Assembly: GCA_963752255.1 (NCBI GenBank)
Contig: CAVVXT010000019.1
Span: forward strand, 465,686 to 529,685
Source: Nitrososphaeria archaeon
Lineage (GTDB): Archaea > Thermoproteota > Nitrososphaeria > JACIWG01
Reading direction: 5' to 3'
DNA: 64,000 bases
Both the position numbers and the translations under genes were made by a program. The notes beneath the pieces were generated by a model. It saw only the letters and a program-made list of their open reading frames with translations. It searched no databases and was not told where the DNA came from. Each line of letters begins with the position of its first letter. The first letter of the stretch is position 1. Shown in pieces: positions 46,339 through 57,007 of this stretch.

Positions 46339-48504
46339 CTAGCGGGGCCTTAAAATCTGCTCCTTTATCCGTTTAGCGATAACGGGACCAAGCTTTGGAA
46401 TTCTTGCGATATCTAATTCCTTAGCCTTACGGAGATCGTTTAAATTCCTAAAACCTCTTGAGTACAGCAGTCGTGCCCTGATGCGGCCTACACCTTCGAG
46501 CTGTATAAGCTCTATAAGTTCCTTCTTGACGCCATATTTTATACGTTCTTCGAGCTCTGACGCCACCACCTGAAGTTCCCTCAGCTCCAGAAGCGAAGCG
46601 ATTCTAGAGAAGGCGTGAACCAACCATTCTATGGATTCGACTTGGCGATAAAGGTCACCTGGTTCGATGGAGAACTTGTCATATATTTCGTTTTCAGTCT
46701 TTTCATTTAACCATTCTCTGAGGGACATGAAGCTTCTCCCTACCTCATTAAATTGATAAACAGAGAACAAATTTCCGAAGATCGAGCCGAATGAGGATTC
46801 TATTTCGTCTTTGAGAATGTCATAAGATTCCATATCAGCCCTTCTTAATGAAAATTTTGGCTGGAAGTCATTTGATAATATAACTGAAAGGAGAACCAGA
46901 TCTTCATTGGACGATATGTCATCTTTATGCCTAGCGTAGTACTCCATTATCGTCTTATAGTGTATTCCAGTTGATGTCGATATATAGAGGAAAGATATGT
47001 TCTTACCGAATTCTGTAGCGATATATCTTCCGTTTTCCTCTTCAATAAGGTCGTTGATCTTTAAATATGACAAATTAACTCTAATTTTAGAAGAAATAAA
47101 CTGAGGACGCCTTTGATATCCTAGGAATGTTTTAGAAAAGAATGCGCAAAGCTCTTTTTCTGATGCTCCTGGGTAGCTTACGATGGTGGCGAGCAGATGA
47201 TCTCTCAATATCTCGTTGTCTATCAGCTTTGAATACAAAGGCTCAGGAGTGCCGTTAACGTAATGTTCAAAGAATGATTCAACATCGTCAAATCTAAGTA
47301 TTGTTATCGCATACCCTATTTTATCGTATTGTGGTCTACCAGCTCTACCACAAAATTGTTTATACTCTAGAACACCTATATCCTCGTTCTGTCCCCATTC
47401 ACTGTTATATCTTGAAAGGCTGTTGATTATGACTGTTCTTGCAGGTAAGTTAACGCCTGCTGCCAAGGTTGGCGTCGAACAGAGCACCTTGATAAGCCCC
47501 TCCTTAAACGCCCTTTCGATAATTCTTCTGCAAGATGAAGACAACCCAGCATGATGGAATGATGAGCCCTTGATTACGATACCAGCCAGTTTCCTTCCCA
47601 CTTCTGTGATTTCATCTGAAGTCATGATTTCTTCGTAGACATCCCTAAGCTTCTTGCTTTCTTCCTCCGACAGAAGATTCGAAGTTATTGATGTGGCCTT
47701 CTCTGCCAAAGACACAGCATTCCGTCTATTCTCTGCAAATATCAACACCTGTCCTCCATCCTTTAACATGACATACGCAGAATCTATAGCTGGGCCGTAT
47801 TTGCTTTGTAGGGTATTATAGCTCTGACCATCATAGAAGACGATCTTACCCGAAGAATAAGCCCCTTCAAGTAGTTTCACCGGCCTCCACTTGTTGTTGA
47901 CAACTTCAGCCTTAAGCCAGGAAGCGATATCTCTAAAGTTCGAAACTGTCGCACTTAAAGCGATGATCTGAGTTTTAGTTGGAGATGAAAGAAAACGAGA
48001 AACCAGCATTTCGACGACCGGGCCCCGGTCGTCTTGGTTTAAAAGATGGATTTCATCAAACACTATCAGCCCTATCTTCTCTATCCAGCCTGGATCAAGC
48101 CTGAGCATTGAATCAAACTTCTCGTTCGTTAAAATGAGAAGATCTTTGTTCTTCAAATAGTCGCTCTTCTTATCGTAATCACCGGTCGAAATCGCTATGG
48201 CAGGTTTGGATCCATCCGGCTTAACTAGAGAAGAGAGGGGAGAGAATTCTTCATATTTTTCACTTGCCAAAGCTCTTAGTGGTGTGAGGTATACAACTCT
48301 CCTATCTTCTAATATGGCTTTAGCGGCACACATCATTGCAACTAGGGTCTTGCCACTGGCCGTCGGAGACGTTATCAGAACGTTCGCACCTTCCAAAACC
48401 CCCTTGTTTACAGCCTCTTCTTGGGGAGGATAAAGTGTCTGATAGCCTAGATTCTTCAGAAGTTCTTTAACCTGATTCGGAAGTTGCAGTTCTTCAACAT
48501 GCAT
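46339..48504 (-). CDS. hel308: Hel308/Hjm (Ski2-like) DNA helicase
   Basis: 721 aa; PPQEEA (Q-motif), ITSPTASGKT (Walker A), DEIH (Walker B), SAT motif III, HHAGL, QFCGRAGRPQYD (motif VI), plus winged-helix/ratchet domains. Confidence 0.85.
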   Translation of the reverse strand: MHVEELQLPNQVKELLKNLGYQTLYPPQEEAVNKGVLEGANVLITSPTASGKTLVAMMCAAKAILEDRRVVYLTPLRALASEKYEEFSPLSSLVKPDGSKPAIAISTGDYDKKSDYLKNKDLLILTNEKFDSMLRLDPGWIEKIGLIVFDEIHLLNQDDRGPVVEMLVSRFLSSPTKTQIIALSATVSNFRDIASWLKAEVVNNKWRPVKLLEGAYSSGKIVFYDGQSYNTLQSKYGPAIDSAYVMLKDGGQVLIFAENRRNAVSLAEKATSITSNLLSEEESKKLRDVYEEIMTSDEITEVGRKLAGIVIKGSSFHHAGLSSSCRRIIERAFKEGLIKVLCSTPTLAAGVNLPARTVIINSLSRYNSEWGQNEDIGVLEYKQFCGRAGRPQYDKIGYAITILRFDDVESFFEHYVNGTPEPLYSKLIDNEILRDHLLATIVSYPGASEKELCAFFSKTFLGYQRRPQFISSKIRVNLSYLKINDLIEEENGRYIATEFGKNISFLYISTSTGIHYKTIMEYYARHKDDISSNEDLVLLSVILSNDFQPKFSLRRADMESYDILKDEIESSFGSIFGNLFSVYQFNEVGRSFMSLREWLNEKTENEIYDKFSIEPGDLYRQVESIEWLVHAFSRIASLLELRELQVVASELEERIKYGVKKELIELIQLEGVGRIRARLLYSRGFRNLNDLRKAKELDIARIPKLGPVIAKRIKEQILRPR

Positions 48505-48506
48505 AC

Positions 48507-50549
48507 CTAAGCCCTTCTATAAAAGCCAGGTTTAACCATATAGAAGACCCCTTTCTGCTCAAGTTGTGAAAAGTACATTTTAGCGTCTACTTCATTAAAT
48601 TTGCCGGTTTCGACGACGGATCTTATTAAACCATTCAGTTCTACAGCTTCATTTGTCGGCCCAGAAAGTTCCTTATACTTCTGGAAGATTATTTCAAGCT
48701 TACTTCTTTCACTTGCAGGTGTGCCCGTGATCGTGCCCATGTCCATCTTTCCAGTCTTCTGGTCTATAGCTACGGTATAGAGCATGTTCTTAGTCAGCGT
48801 TATTGCTTCAGCCACGTCATCCTTGGTGACCTCGTTTCTGAGTAGAAGTCTTGCTCTTGCCATAGAAAGTCTAATCAGGGATTCTAACTGTCGAGGTGTG
48901 ACCGGTATAGCTTGACTTTCTGTCTGAGTACGCATTTCAAGGTAAAAGTCGATCATCATCTTCTCCGCTTCAGGCGTTATAGTAGGGCTGGTATTTTTAC
49001 AGTACATCAGATACTTCCTGAGAAACGCGATATCTAATGGAGGTTTCTGAACAAATGAACGAGAACTACGAATTGCCATTATGTGAGAAGCTATCTGCTC
49101 ATCAATAACCCTTTCAGGCACATCCCTTATTACAAATATCAGGTCAAACCTCGTTAAGAGGGGGGATGGAAGGTTTATATTCTCAGACAGGTTCTTGTAA
49201 GGATCATACTTCCCTAATAATGGGTTAGCTGCAGACAGAATAGATGTTCGAGCATTCAATGTCACAACAATGCCACCTTTCGCTACAGAAACCGTCTGCT
49301 GTTCCATAGCTTCATGTAGAGCCTGACGATCAATATTAGTCATCTTATCAAATTCGTCTATTGCACAAATTCCCTGGTCAGCCAGAACTATGGCCCCAGC
49401 TTCAAGCATCAGCATTCCACTCTTTTCACGAACAACAGCAGCCGTCAGACCAGCAGCAGTTGTACCTTTTCCAGAAGTATACAAACCCCTTGGAGCAAGC
49501 CTTACTGAATACTTAAGAAGCTCACTCTTGGCCGTTCCAGGGTCGCCAATTAACAAAATATTAATGTCACCCCTTAATGTAGTTCCGTCTGGAAGAGTTA
49601 TCTGAGGCGCACCAACGATCAGAAACAGGATAGCTTCCTTCAGAAGATCATGCCCATATATAGATGGCGAAAAAGAGCTGATGATCGTCTTCACCCAGTC
49701 AGGACGCCTTGCAAGCTCCCTGAACTTGAGTTCATCGGCTTTTTCTATCATTACATCCTCAGGTGCCTTCCCTAAGACCTCAACATGATTGCCCTCAAGT
49801 AGGGCGTTGAAAGTTCTTAATCGTCCACCTCTTACACTAAATTCTTCCTCCGCCTTAAGAATGCCAGTTATAATTACTCTATCACCGGGTCTTGCAATGT
49901 CAACAATATCACTGTACAGTCTTATGTCAAGTTGCCTTGGAAGTTGTCCCGGCGGAAGCTCTTCAGGAAGTTCTTGTACACGAAGAACCTGATAATTGAT
50001 GTAAGTGCCTTTGAAGTCGTCAAGCTTTAAATTTTCTTCATTACATTCCATACATCTTTCCGGTTTCCTTACAATTCGCTCTTTTTGTAGGATAAAGGTA
50101 ACATGGCCGCATTTTTGACAGACCCACGCTGCTTCTATTAGGTAAGGCTTCACTTCTGAAACCCTCACTATGATCCCTGTTATTGCTACAAGGGTACTAA
50201 GGGTGCTGACGTCAAGCTTTCTTAGGGGATACCTTTCTGGAAGATTCCTGAAACGTACGATAAAATATTTTTCGACCCTCTTTGCGTAATCAGGATCTGT
50301 CTCCTTGAGAAATTCTAACGCTGACCTAGAGAACATGTCTAAATACTTGTTCGGATCCTTGGTGGAGGCGGCTGCAAGATCACTATCATACTTTGAGAGA
50401 TCTGCATAATCTACAACTAGCGAGTTAGAATTCTTTTGTATAATATTGTTCAATTGAACTCTATACTTCGGCTGATTAGATTCGTCGAGCTGGCCTCGTA
50501 TGAAGTTTGAAAAGTTATCCTTCAGACGGGAATCAGAAGAAACTTCCAT
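48507..50549 (-). CDS. mcm: Minichromosome maintenance replicative helicase MCM
   Basis: 680 aa; zinc finger CQKCGH...CMECNE, Walker A GDPGTAKS, Walker B/IDEFDKM, arginine finger SILSAANP region, C-terminal wH. Confidence 0.9.
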   Translation of the reverse strand: MEVSSDSRLKDNFSNFIRGQLDESNQPKYRVQLNNIIQKNSNSLVVDYADLSKYDSDLAAASTKDPNKYLDMFSRSALEFLKETDPDYAKRVEKYFIVRFRNLPERYPLRKLDVSTLSTLVAITGIIVRVSEVKPYLIEAAWVCQKCGHVTFILQKERIVRKPERCMECNEENLKLDDFKGTYINYQVLRVQELPEELPPGQLPRQLDIRLYSDIVDIARPGDRVIITGILKAEEEFSVRGGRLRTFNALLEGNHVEVLGKAPEDVMIEKADELKFRELARRPDWVKTIISSFSPSIYGHDLLKEAILFLIVGAPQITLPDGTTLRGDINILLIGDPGTAKSELLKYSVRLAPRGLYTSGKGTTAAGLTAAVVREKSGMLMLEAGAIVLADQGICAIDEFDKMTNIDRQALHEAMEQQTVSVAKGGIVVTLNARTSILSAANPLLGKYDPYKNLSENINLPSPLLTRFDLIFVIRDVPERVIDEQIASHIMAIRSSRSFVQKPPLDIAFLRKYLMYCKNTSPTITPEAEKMMIDFYLEMRTQTESQAIPVTPRQLESLIRLSMARARLLLRNEVTKDDVAEAITLTKNMLYTVAIDQKTGKMDMGTITGTPASERSKLEIIFQKYKELSGPTNEAVELNGLIRSVVETGKFNEVDAKMYFSQLEQKGVFYMVKPGFYRRA

Positions 50550-50551
50550 GC

Positions 50552-51175
50552 TTACTCACCTTTCTCAAATATGGAGGAAGTGAGCTCATTTACATCCTTT
50601 TGGAGTGTCTGAAGCAGAATACGCTCCTCCAACGTGAGTTTAGGAAGAACATCACTAGTTTCAGAGTAGGTTCGAGCATAGTGCAGAATTTTTCTTATCC
50701 TTATGCTGACCAGATCTGATGCGTCATTATGGATTTTAAGGAAATCATTCCTTAAAGGAACGTCAGAGGAGTTTTCCGTACGTTTCCTTTTAATGAAATC
50801 AATCAGATTTATGTAAAAGCCATCATCCAGCTGTGAAAGGTTTACTGAATCCTTTAGAAGTTTCTCCTTTGCAACACTCCTAAAGAAATCATCGCTAAAA
50901 TTTTCCTCTTGAACGTCTACAAATCCGTTTTTAGCAAGCACATCTGCAGCCCAAAGGGGCAGAGACATGCTTGAACCCTCCATAACAGCTTCTATTTGGA
51001 GACTTCCAAGCCTTATGTTCGATACCGATGATTTAAAAACTACTTTAACTGGGCTTATAAGAAAACCCATTCTTCTTATTTCAAACAACTCTTTGATCGA
51101 CACGGACACCTTTAATCGCAACATAAGGATGTTCCGACAATTAAAAGCTTTAAAAAAGAAAATGAGACAAGGCAT
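50552..51175 (-). CDS. Putative GINS subunit (Gins51/Gins23-like) immediately upstream of mcm
   Basis: Position (2-nt gap to mcm start, same strand) and size match archaeal gins-mcm operons. Segment SLPLWAADVLAKNGFVDV resembles the GINS helical-domain motif. First 35 codons are Phe-rich/AT-driven; real start probably M36 (about 51070). Confidence 0.35.
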   Translation of the reverse strand: MPCLIFFFKAFNCRNILMLRLKVSVSIKELFEIRRMGFLISPVKVVFKSSVSNIRLGSLQIEAVMEGSSMSLPLWAADVLAKNGFVDVQEENFSDDFFRSVAKEKLLKDSVNLSQLDDGFYINLIDFIKRKRTENSSDVPLRNDFLKIHNDASDLVSIRIRKILHYARTYSETSDVLPKLTLEERILLQTLQKDVNELTSSIFEKGE

Positions 51176-51258
51176 GATTCATAGAGCTTGCTGTTAGCCT
51201 AATAATCGATAAAAATGTCTGTAATTTACGCTTATATCCACAATGTTTTATTGGTAAA

Positions 51259-52227
51259 GTGAGAAAAACAATGAGCCAAGAAGAACTGATGTGGGTTGAA
51301 AAATACAGACCGAAAGAACTGGAAGATGTTGTAAACCAAAAAGAAGTTATCGAAAGAATCGTACCACTTATTGATAAGCCCCTTGAGATGCCTCATTTCC
51401 TTTTTGCAGGACCACCTGGCACAGGAAAGACTACGGTAGCTTTAATCTTGGCACATAAGCTTCTGGGAAATGTCTGGAGAGATTATACCCTAGAACTTAA
51501 CGCCTCAGATGAGAGGGGAATAAAGATCGTGAGGGAAAGAATCAAGACTTTTGCTGGGTACGTAGATAGAAGTGTTAACATTCCCTTCAGACTTATAATC
51601 TTGGATGAAGCTGACGAAATGACACATGATGCTCAGACCGCATTAAGGAGGATAATGGAAGAGAGTTCCAAGTATACAAGGTTCATAATGGTATGTAACT
51701 ATTCTTCTCAGATCATTGAGCCTTTACAGAGTCGATGCGCAATCTTCAGATTCCAAAGACTCGATAGGGAGGGGGTTGTTCAACAGATGATTAAAATATG
51801 CAAAAATGAGCACATTAAACCAGAAGAAGGAGCACTAGACCTTCTATACGATATTACAGAAGGTGATTTAAGGCAGACAATAAATCTTCTCCAATCTGCT
51901 GTCATAGACGAAAAGATTACAAAAGAAAGTGTCAAGAAACAGGCTGGAATGATGGGTGAAGAGACCATTAAAAGAATGGTCGAACATGCGCTGAAAGGAA
52001 GGTTCAATGATTCAAGAAAGATTTTGGTAGAACTTCTAAAAATAGACGGTGTATCAGAAACTGAAATCTTGAAGATTGTAGGTAATGTTTTGATGGAGGA
52101 TGATAGGATCGACCACGGAAAGGCCGCAGAAATTCTTGCCGAATATGATTATCGGATTATAATGGGTGCAAATCCTGAGATACAACTTACAGCCCTGCTC
52201 TCAGAAATAGAGGACACTCTAAAGTGA
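51259..52227 (+). CDS. rfcS: Replication factor C small subunit
   Basis: 322 aa; KYRP...L.D.V box II, Walker A GPPGTGKTT, DEADEM, SRC motif (QSRCAIFRF). Confidence 0.9.
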   Translation: MRKTMSQEELMWVEKYRPKELEDVVNQKEVIERIVPLIDKPLEMPHFLFAGPPGTGKTTVALILAHKLLGNVWRDYTLELNASDERGIKIVRERIKTFAGYVDRSVNIPFRLIILDEADEMTHDAQTALRRIMEESSKYTRFIMVCNYSSQIIEPLQSRCAIFRFQRLDREGVVQQMIKICKNEHIKPEEGALDLLYDITEGDLRQTINLLQSAVIDEKITKESVKKQAGMMGEETIKRMVEHALKGRFNDSRKILVELLKIDGVSETEILKIVGNVLMEDDRIDHGKAAEILAEYDYRIIMGANPEIQLTALLSEIEDTLK

Positions 52228-52233
52228 TAGAAT

Positions 52234-53520
52234 TTGAAGCTTGAACTTCCCCGTGGGCTAAGGGATATCGAACCCCAGGAATTCGTTAAGATGGAATGGC
52301 TAAGAGAAAAGTTCGTAGAAACATTAGGACTTTTTGGCTTCAACAAAATGGAACCGTCTCCCCTAGAAAATCTGAGCACATTGGAGACGAAAAGTGGTTC
52401 TTCAATAATAGATGAAATCTATTGCTTCAAGGATAAAGCTCAGAGAGATTTAGGCTTAAGATTTGATCTAACTGTCGGAATTAGCAGGTATGTTGCTTCA
52501 AGAAGAGATTTGGAGTTCCCGACAAAAATTGGAGCATTTTCAGGTGTTTGGAGATACGATGAGCCTCAGCACGGACGATATCGATGGTTTTATCAATGGG
52601 ATTCAGAGATATATGGGAAGCCCCGAATAGAATCAGACGCCGAAATCGTTGAACTATCAACAACCTATTTTGACAAAGTTGGACTAAAAGGCGTGCAAGT
52701 AGAACTGAATGATAGAAAGATCGTAGAAGAATACATAATTGAGATTTTAGGAGTGAAAGAGGAAGAAGCAGTCAATGAGCTCCTAAGACTGCTAGACAAG
52801 ACCACAAAGAAGGGTGAGGAAGAAATTTTGGAAGAATACACGTCTAAGGGATTTACCGAGGAAAAAGTAAGAAAGGTTTTATCAATAGGAAAAATCTCAG
52901 GTGAGCCTAGTAGCGCGCTGTCGCAGTTGGATGAACTTCATCTGAAAAAAACAAACGATTTAAGATACATTGTTGAAGAATTAGATAGCAGAGGAATAAA
53001 GAACTTCCACATAAATCTAGGAATCGTCAGAGGAATAGACTATTATAGTGGAATCGTCTACGAATTCTATGAAGGCTCTTTAAGCAAACTTGCTATCGCA
53101 GGAGGAGGCAGATACGATAAACTTATGCAAGTCTTTGGAAGAGATGATATTTCAGCTACAGGTGTTGCAGGAGGAGTTGAAAGGTTGATGATGGTGCTTG
53201 AACAAAAAGAAAACCTTTCAAACGCCAAGAAAAAAATGATTTTTGTAGCAAATGCAACTGAAGACCTAAAACACAAGGCTCAAAAAATAGCTGCAGAACT
53301 TAGAAGGGAAGGATACCCTGCAATAACCGATCTGTACTCTAGAGATCTAAGGAAACAATTTGCATACGCTTCAAAGCATTGCAGTTATGCTATAATCGTG
53401 GCTCCAAAAGAAGATAAGGAAAATTGTTGTATCACAAAGAATTTAGAAAGCGGAAGAGAGAAGATAATCGAATATGAAAGACTTGCTAACTGGCTAAAAG
53501 AACAATTCTTTGACTCCTAA
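52234..53520 (+). CDS. hisS: Histidyl-tRNA synthetase
   Basis: 428 aa; class II motifs, LPRGLRD (HisRS motif), RYDEPQHGRYR, GGGRYD, C-terminal anticodon-binding domain. Confidence 0.85.
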   Translation: MKLELPRGLRDIEPQEFVKMEWLREKFVETLGLFGFNKMEPSPLENLSTLETKSGSSIIDEIYCFKDKAQRDLGLRFDLTVGISRYVASRRDLEFPTKIGAFSGVWRYDEPQHGRYRWFYQWDSEIYGKPRIESDAEIVELSTTYFDKVGLKGVQVELNDRKIVEEYIIEILGVKEEEAVNELLRLLDKTTKKGEEEILEEYTSKGFTEEKVRKVLSIGKISGEPSSALSQLDELHLKKTNDLRYIVEELDSRGIKNFHINLGIVRGIDYYSGIVYEFYEGSLSKLAIAGGGRYDKLMQVFGRDDISATGVAGGVERLMMVLEQKENLSNAKKKMIFVANATEDLKHKAQKIAAELRREGYPAITDLYSRDLRKQFAYASKHCSYAIIVAPKEDKENCCITKNLESGREKIIEYERLANWLKEQFFDS

Positions 53521-53678
53521 AGTCGACTCATGGAAGATCTTTAAAAGTCAAGTACCTCTCCATTTTTATGTAAACCGAGGATTCAGGAAGCATATCAATA
53601 GATATTATTTTAAACCTGCCTGAAGAACGAAAGAATCTTAAAGGAGCCTATTCTGAACTTTGGAAACTGTTTATGAGA

Positions 53679-53753
53679 TAGCCCGGACCAGATTCGAACT
53701 GGTGTCAACGGGTCCAAAGCCCGCTATGTTTGACCACTGCACCACCGGGCTAT
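53679..53753 (-). tRNA. tRNA-Gln (anticodon UUG)
   Basis: Manual fold of reverse complement AGCCCGGUGGUGCAGUGGUCAAACAUAGCGGGCUUUGGACCCGUUGACACCAGUUCGAAUCUGGUCCGGGCU. 7-bp acceptor, T-arm ACCAG/UUCGAAU/CUGGU, anticodon stem GCGGG/CCCGU with loop CUUUGGA; no encoded CCA. Confidence 0.7.
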
Positions 53754-53778
53754 ATGCTCACCTTTTGAAGAGATAGGT

Positions 53779-54837
53779 TTAAACCTTTTTCCCGATCGTC
53801 TCGATCTTTGAAATAATTTTTTCGTGAGGGTCTTCCAGAGAATCCCAAAATTCATGAGAACGCTTCCTGTACTTAATCCTCCAATCATCATCGCAACATA
53901 CAAGGGAAAGAAATTTCATAAAAGCATTAACATTATCATATTTAAAAATCAGTTTCTTTTTTATTAGAAACTCTTCAATCAACGTTGCTTTACTTGGATA
54001 AGCAGATATTGCTGGCACACCTAGAAGAGCAGCTTCATGAGTCATGGTGCCACCCATTCCAACAAAGACGTCAGAGCTCTTGATCAAACTAGGCCCATCT
54101 ACGGCTGAATCTAAAAGGGTGATATCGTCTCCAAATTCTGTCTTCAGATTGCTATTCCCGTTCTGATATCTGGATAATATGATGATATTGGCTTTATCGG
54201 CATATTGGTTGACGATCTCCCTCACAAAACCAAGCACATTACCACCTTTTCCGAGGAGATAGGACGCGTACTCTTCATGCATTCTTATTGTGATGGTTAA
54301 CCTCTTCTCCAGACCTAGCTCCTTCTTCATGTCTCTAAAGTGCCAGTTCCTCAACCATATAGATGCATCAATTGCTCTGTAATGAATAACGTTTTTCGCT
54401 TCAATACCGTACTTGGTCCAAACGTTCGTAGGAATGATCCAAGGTGTGAATAGAAGCCTAGAAAGGGGGACGGTTAATTTTGATGCGTGAACGGCATGCG
54501 GGCTATCACTAAAGTTTAGATGTGGAATTCCAAGGCCGAAGGATACTCTCGCACATTCTGGAGATGAAAAGGACAAAGCTAAGTCGAAGCATCCATCGTA
54601 AATGATTTTTGAAAGAGCTTGAATTCTTCTTGAACTTTCGACAAGTTTCTCGAAAGGTGTAAGCCCATGTTTTCCAACAACTTCTAAATAATAGTTAACG
54701 ATTGACCCTAATTCGTAACCTCCGTAACCAGCCCGAGTTGTAGAAAAGACTTCATGCCCATCACTCTTCAACCAGTCTTTAACTACATTAAAGAAAAGGG
54801 CCTGTTTTGGCGTTAATGCGTCAATCCAAACTTTCAT
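53779..54837 (-). CDS. DUF354-family protein (predicted GT-B fold glycosyltransferase/epimerase-like)
   Basis: 352 aa; N-terminus MKVWIDALTPKQALFF and C-terminal GMGGTMTHEAALLGVPAIS resemble DUF354/UDP-GlcNAc 2-epimerase-like fold. Confidence 0.5.
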   Translation of the reverse strand: MKVWIDALTPKQALFFNVVKDWLKSDGHEVFSTTRAGYGGYELGSIVNYYLEVVGKHGLTPFEKLVESSRRIQALSKIIYDGCFDLALSFSSPECARVSFGLGIPHLNFSDSPHAVHASKLTVPLSRLLFTPWIIPTNVWTKYGIEAKNVIHYRAIDASIWLRNWHFRDMKKELGLEKRLTITIRMHEEYASYLLGKGGNVLGFVREIVNQYADKANIIILSRYQNGNSNLKTEFGDDITLLDSAVDGPSLIKSSDVFVGMGGTMTHEAALLGVPAISAYPSKATLIEEFLIKKKLIFKYDNVNAFMKFLSLVCCDDDWRIKYRKRSHEFWDSLEDPHEKIISKIETIGKKV

Positions 54838-54877
54838 ATTTTTAGCACAAAACTATATAATAGTTGAGGTTTTAAAT

Positions 54878-56017
54878 TTGTTGATGACGTGGAGCAAAAA
54901 ACACCTCACGGTATACGGTCTGAGTAAAGAAGGATATGACATGGCTTCAAAATTCTCTGAAAAGGGGTTTGAGACCTCAATAATCGATGAAAGACTCAAT
55001 TCACCCATGAAGGTGAGCAGAAAAGACTTCTCCAAAAGTCAAACTGTTGACGATTTTTTTGAAGAAGAAACTTTAGCTGAAATCACATCCCTCCAAGACA
55101 CTATATCGAATTCAGACGTTCTCGTCTACTGTCCAAAGATAAGATGTGAAGTCACTGAAATCTATCACCAATATGAGCGTTCATTAAAGGAGATAATACC
55201 AATTATGTCTAAAGGATCAGTCCTCATATTTTCGGTGCCATTGGGTTTCGATGGGCAAAAGGAAATAGTAAAAATAGTCAGAAAATATACAAATCTCGAT
55301 GAAAGTGAATACGGCGTAATCTTTTTACCACCATTCTTTGACGGAAAAACAACCGTTGTGGGAACATTCGGAAACGTGGAAGGTGTCCAAAAGATGTTGA
55401 GCGAAGCACTAGGACAAAACATCCAAGAGTTCACGCTTGAAGAGGCCGAGAAGATCTTCTTCAGCAAAATACTGGAAAGGTTCTCATACTACACAGCTCA
55501 GATGATCACTTCGACCGCCGCTACCAATCCTGAAGAAGAACATCCCTATTACAGCAATCTCTTCTCTTACTATACGGATCTGAAAATGATCTATATAACA
55601 ACAGGAAGAGGAACGCAGTTGAAGAGTTTTTCAAGTTCCTTGATCAGAATAGTGGAAAGCTACCCAAAAAACCTATTAAACTACCTAAAAGGATTAACTA
55701 AAGAAAATAACGTAAAACCTAGCAGGGCAAGAATAATTGCATTATGGAGCAAGAGCAGCTATCATATAAGACCGGACATAGAAAAGGCATCGCAGGATCT
55801 GATTTTATTGCTGCAGGACATCTTTGTTGACGTACAAGTCTTTTCATACCAAGAGTTAGTGCAGAAAAAAATTCTTTCTTCAGCCCTGAACAGGAACCCT
55901 ACATTTTTAATAGCCTGCTCAGATTTAGATTACCAGAGTGTTTCAAACCAGATAAAAGGGAAAAATCAGATGATTACGGTTATTAAGGCTACGTTGCCTC
56001 CGTCAAGGTGGCCATGA
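54878..56017 (+). CDS. Degenerate nucleotide-sugar 6-dehydrogenase homologue (UDP-Glc/GlcNAc DH-like fold; Gly-rich loop and catalytic Cys not conserved)
   Basis: 379 aa; N-terminal Rossmann-like beta-alpha-beta (LTVYGLSKEGYDMASKFSEKGFETSIID) but no GxGxxG; central helical domain (EEAEKIFFSKILERFSYYTAQM); C-terminal UDP-binding-like domain without the GGxCxxKD active-site Cys. Confidence 0.4.
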   Translation: MLMTWSKKHLTVYGLSKEGYDMASKFSEKGFETSIIDERLNSPMKVSRKDFSKSQTVDDFFEEETLAEITSLQDTISNSDVLVYCPKIRCEVTEIYHQYERSLKEIIPIMSKGSVLIFSVPLGFDGQKEIVKIVRKYTNLDESEYGVIFLPPFFDGKTTVVGTFGNVEGVQKMLSEALGQNIQEFTLEEAEKIFFSKILERFSYYTAQMITSTAATNPEEEHPYYSNLFSYYTDLKMIYITTGRGTQLKSFSSSLIRIVESYPKNLLNYLKGLTKENNVKPSRARIIALWSKSSYHIRPDIEKASQDLILLLQDIFVDVQVFSYQELVQKKILSSALNRNPTFLIACSDLDYQSVSNQIKGKNQMITVIKATLPPSRWP

Positions 56018-56018
56018 A

Positions 56019-56957
56019 ATGGCAGACGTCAAGATAGGTGTTATAGGCACAGGTGGCTGGGGTAAGAACCATCTGAGGGTGTTAAACGAGCTAAAAGTAT
56101 TGGGGGCGATCTGTGACCTAAACGAAGACAGGGCTAGAGAGAATTCTAAGAAATATGGGGTTGAGGCTTATACAGATGTTGACAGTTTTCTTAAACATGA
56201 CCTTGATGGTGTAATCGTTAGCACACCTACGAAAACCCATTTCCAAATAGCTTCAAAGGTTATAGAAAGCGGAAGAAACCTTCTGGTAGAAAAACCTTTC
56301 ACATATGATGTTGAGGAAGGAGAACACCTTGTTAAGAAGGCTAAAGAAAAAAAGACGATTATGACTGTTGGATTTATAGAACGATTTAATCCAGCCATGA
56401 GAGAAGCTAAAAATCTCGTCGCAAAGGGAAAAATAGGAGACCCACTTTATCTGATGTTCATCAGAGAAAACAGATGGCCCGCTCATATTCTTGACGTAGG
56501 AGTTATTTTGGACACAACAATACACGATATCGATCTGTCAAGATGGTTCTTCGGTAAAGAACCAACATTGATATTTGCAAGAACAGGAAATTTCGGATTA
56601 GACAGAGAAAGGGTTTCAGCCTTAACTTTAGGATTTCCAGAAGAACGTTCATCGTTGATAATATCAAACTGGATAACACCAAGAAAACTCAGGCAACTTG
56701 AAATTGTCGGAGAAAACGGGATAATATCCTTAGACTTTATTACACAGGAAATCAAGATCGACCTAGAGGATAGAATAGACATACCCAGAATCAAATATGA
56801 AGAACCGCTCACATTAGAACTAAGGCATTTTGTGGAGTCTATCAAAGAAAAGAAGCAACCAGAAGTTACGGGAGAGGATGGTGTGAAGGCAACCAAGATA
56901 GCCCAAGCCGCATTAACTTCAAACAGGCTTGGATCAGCGATATTTATAGAGCTCTGA
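56019..56957 (+). CDS. Gfo/Idh/MocA-family NAD(P)-dependent oxidoreductase (WbpB-like)
   Basis: 312 aa; VKIGVIGTGGWGKNHLRVL, EKP motif (LVEKPF), C-terminal alpha/beta domain. Confidence 0.8.
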   Translation: MADVKIGVIGTGGWGKNHLRVLNELKVLGAICDLNEDRARENSKKYGVEAYTDVDSFLKHDLDGVIVSTPTKTHFQIASKVIESGRNLLVEKPFTYDVEEGEHLVKKAKEKKTIMTVGFIERFNPAMREAKNLVAKGKIGDPLYLMFIRENRWPAHILDVGVILDTTIHDIDLSRWFFGKEPTLIFARTGNFGLDRERVSALTLGFPEERSSLIISNWITPRKLRQLEIVGENGIISLDFITQEIKIDLEDRIDIPRIKYEEPLTLELRHFVESIKEKKQPEVTGEDGVKATKIAQAALTSNRLGSAIFIEL

Positions 56958-57007
56958 ACAAAAACGTAAAAATAGTAGGATAACAGAAATGTGGATTTAA
57001 GATAGGG

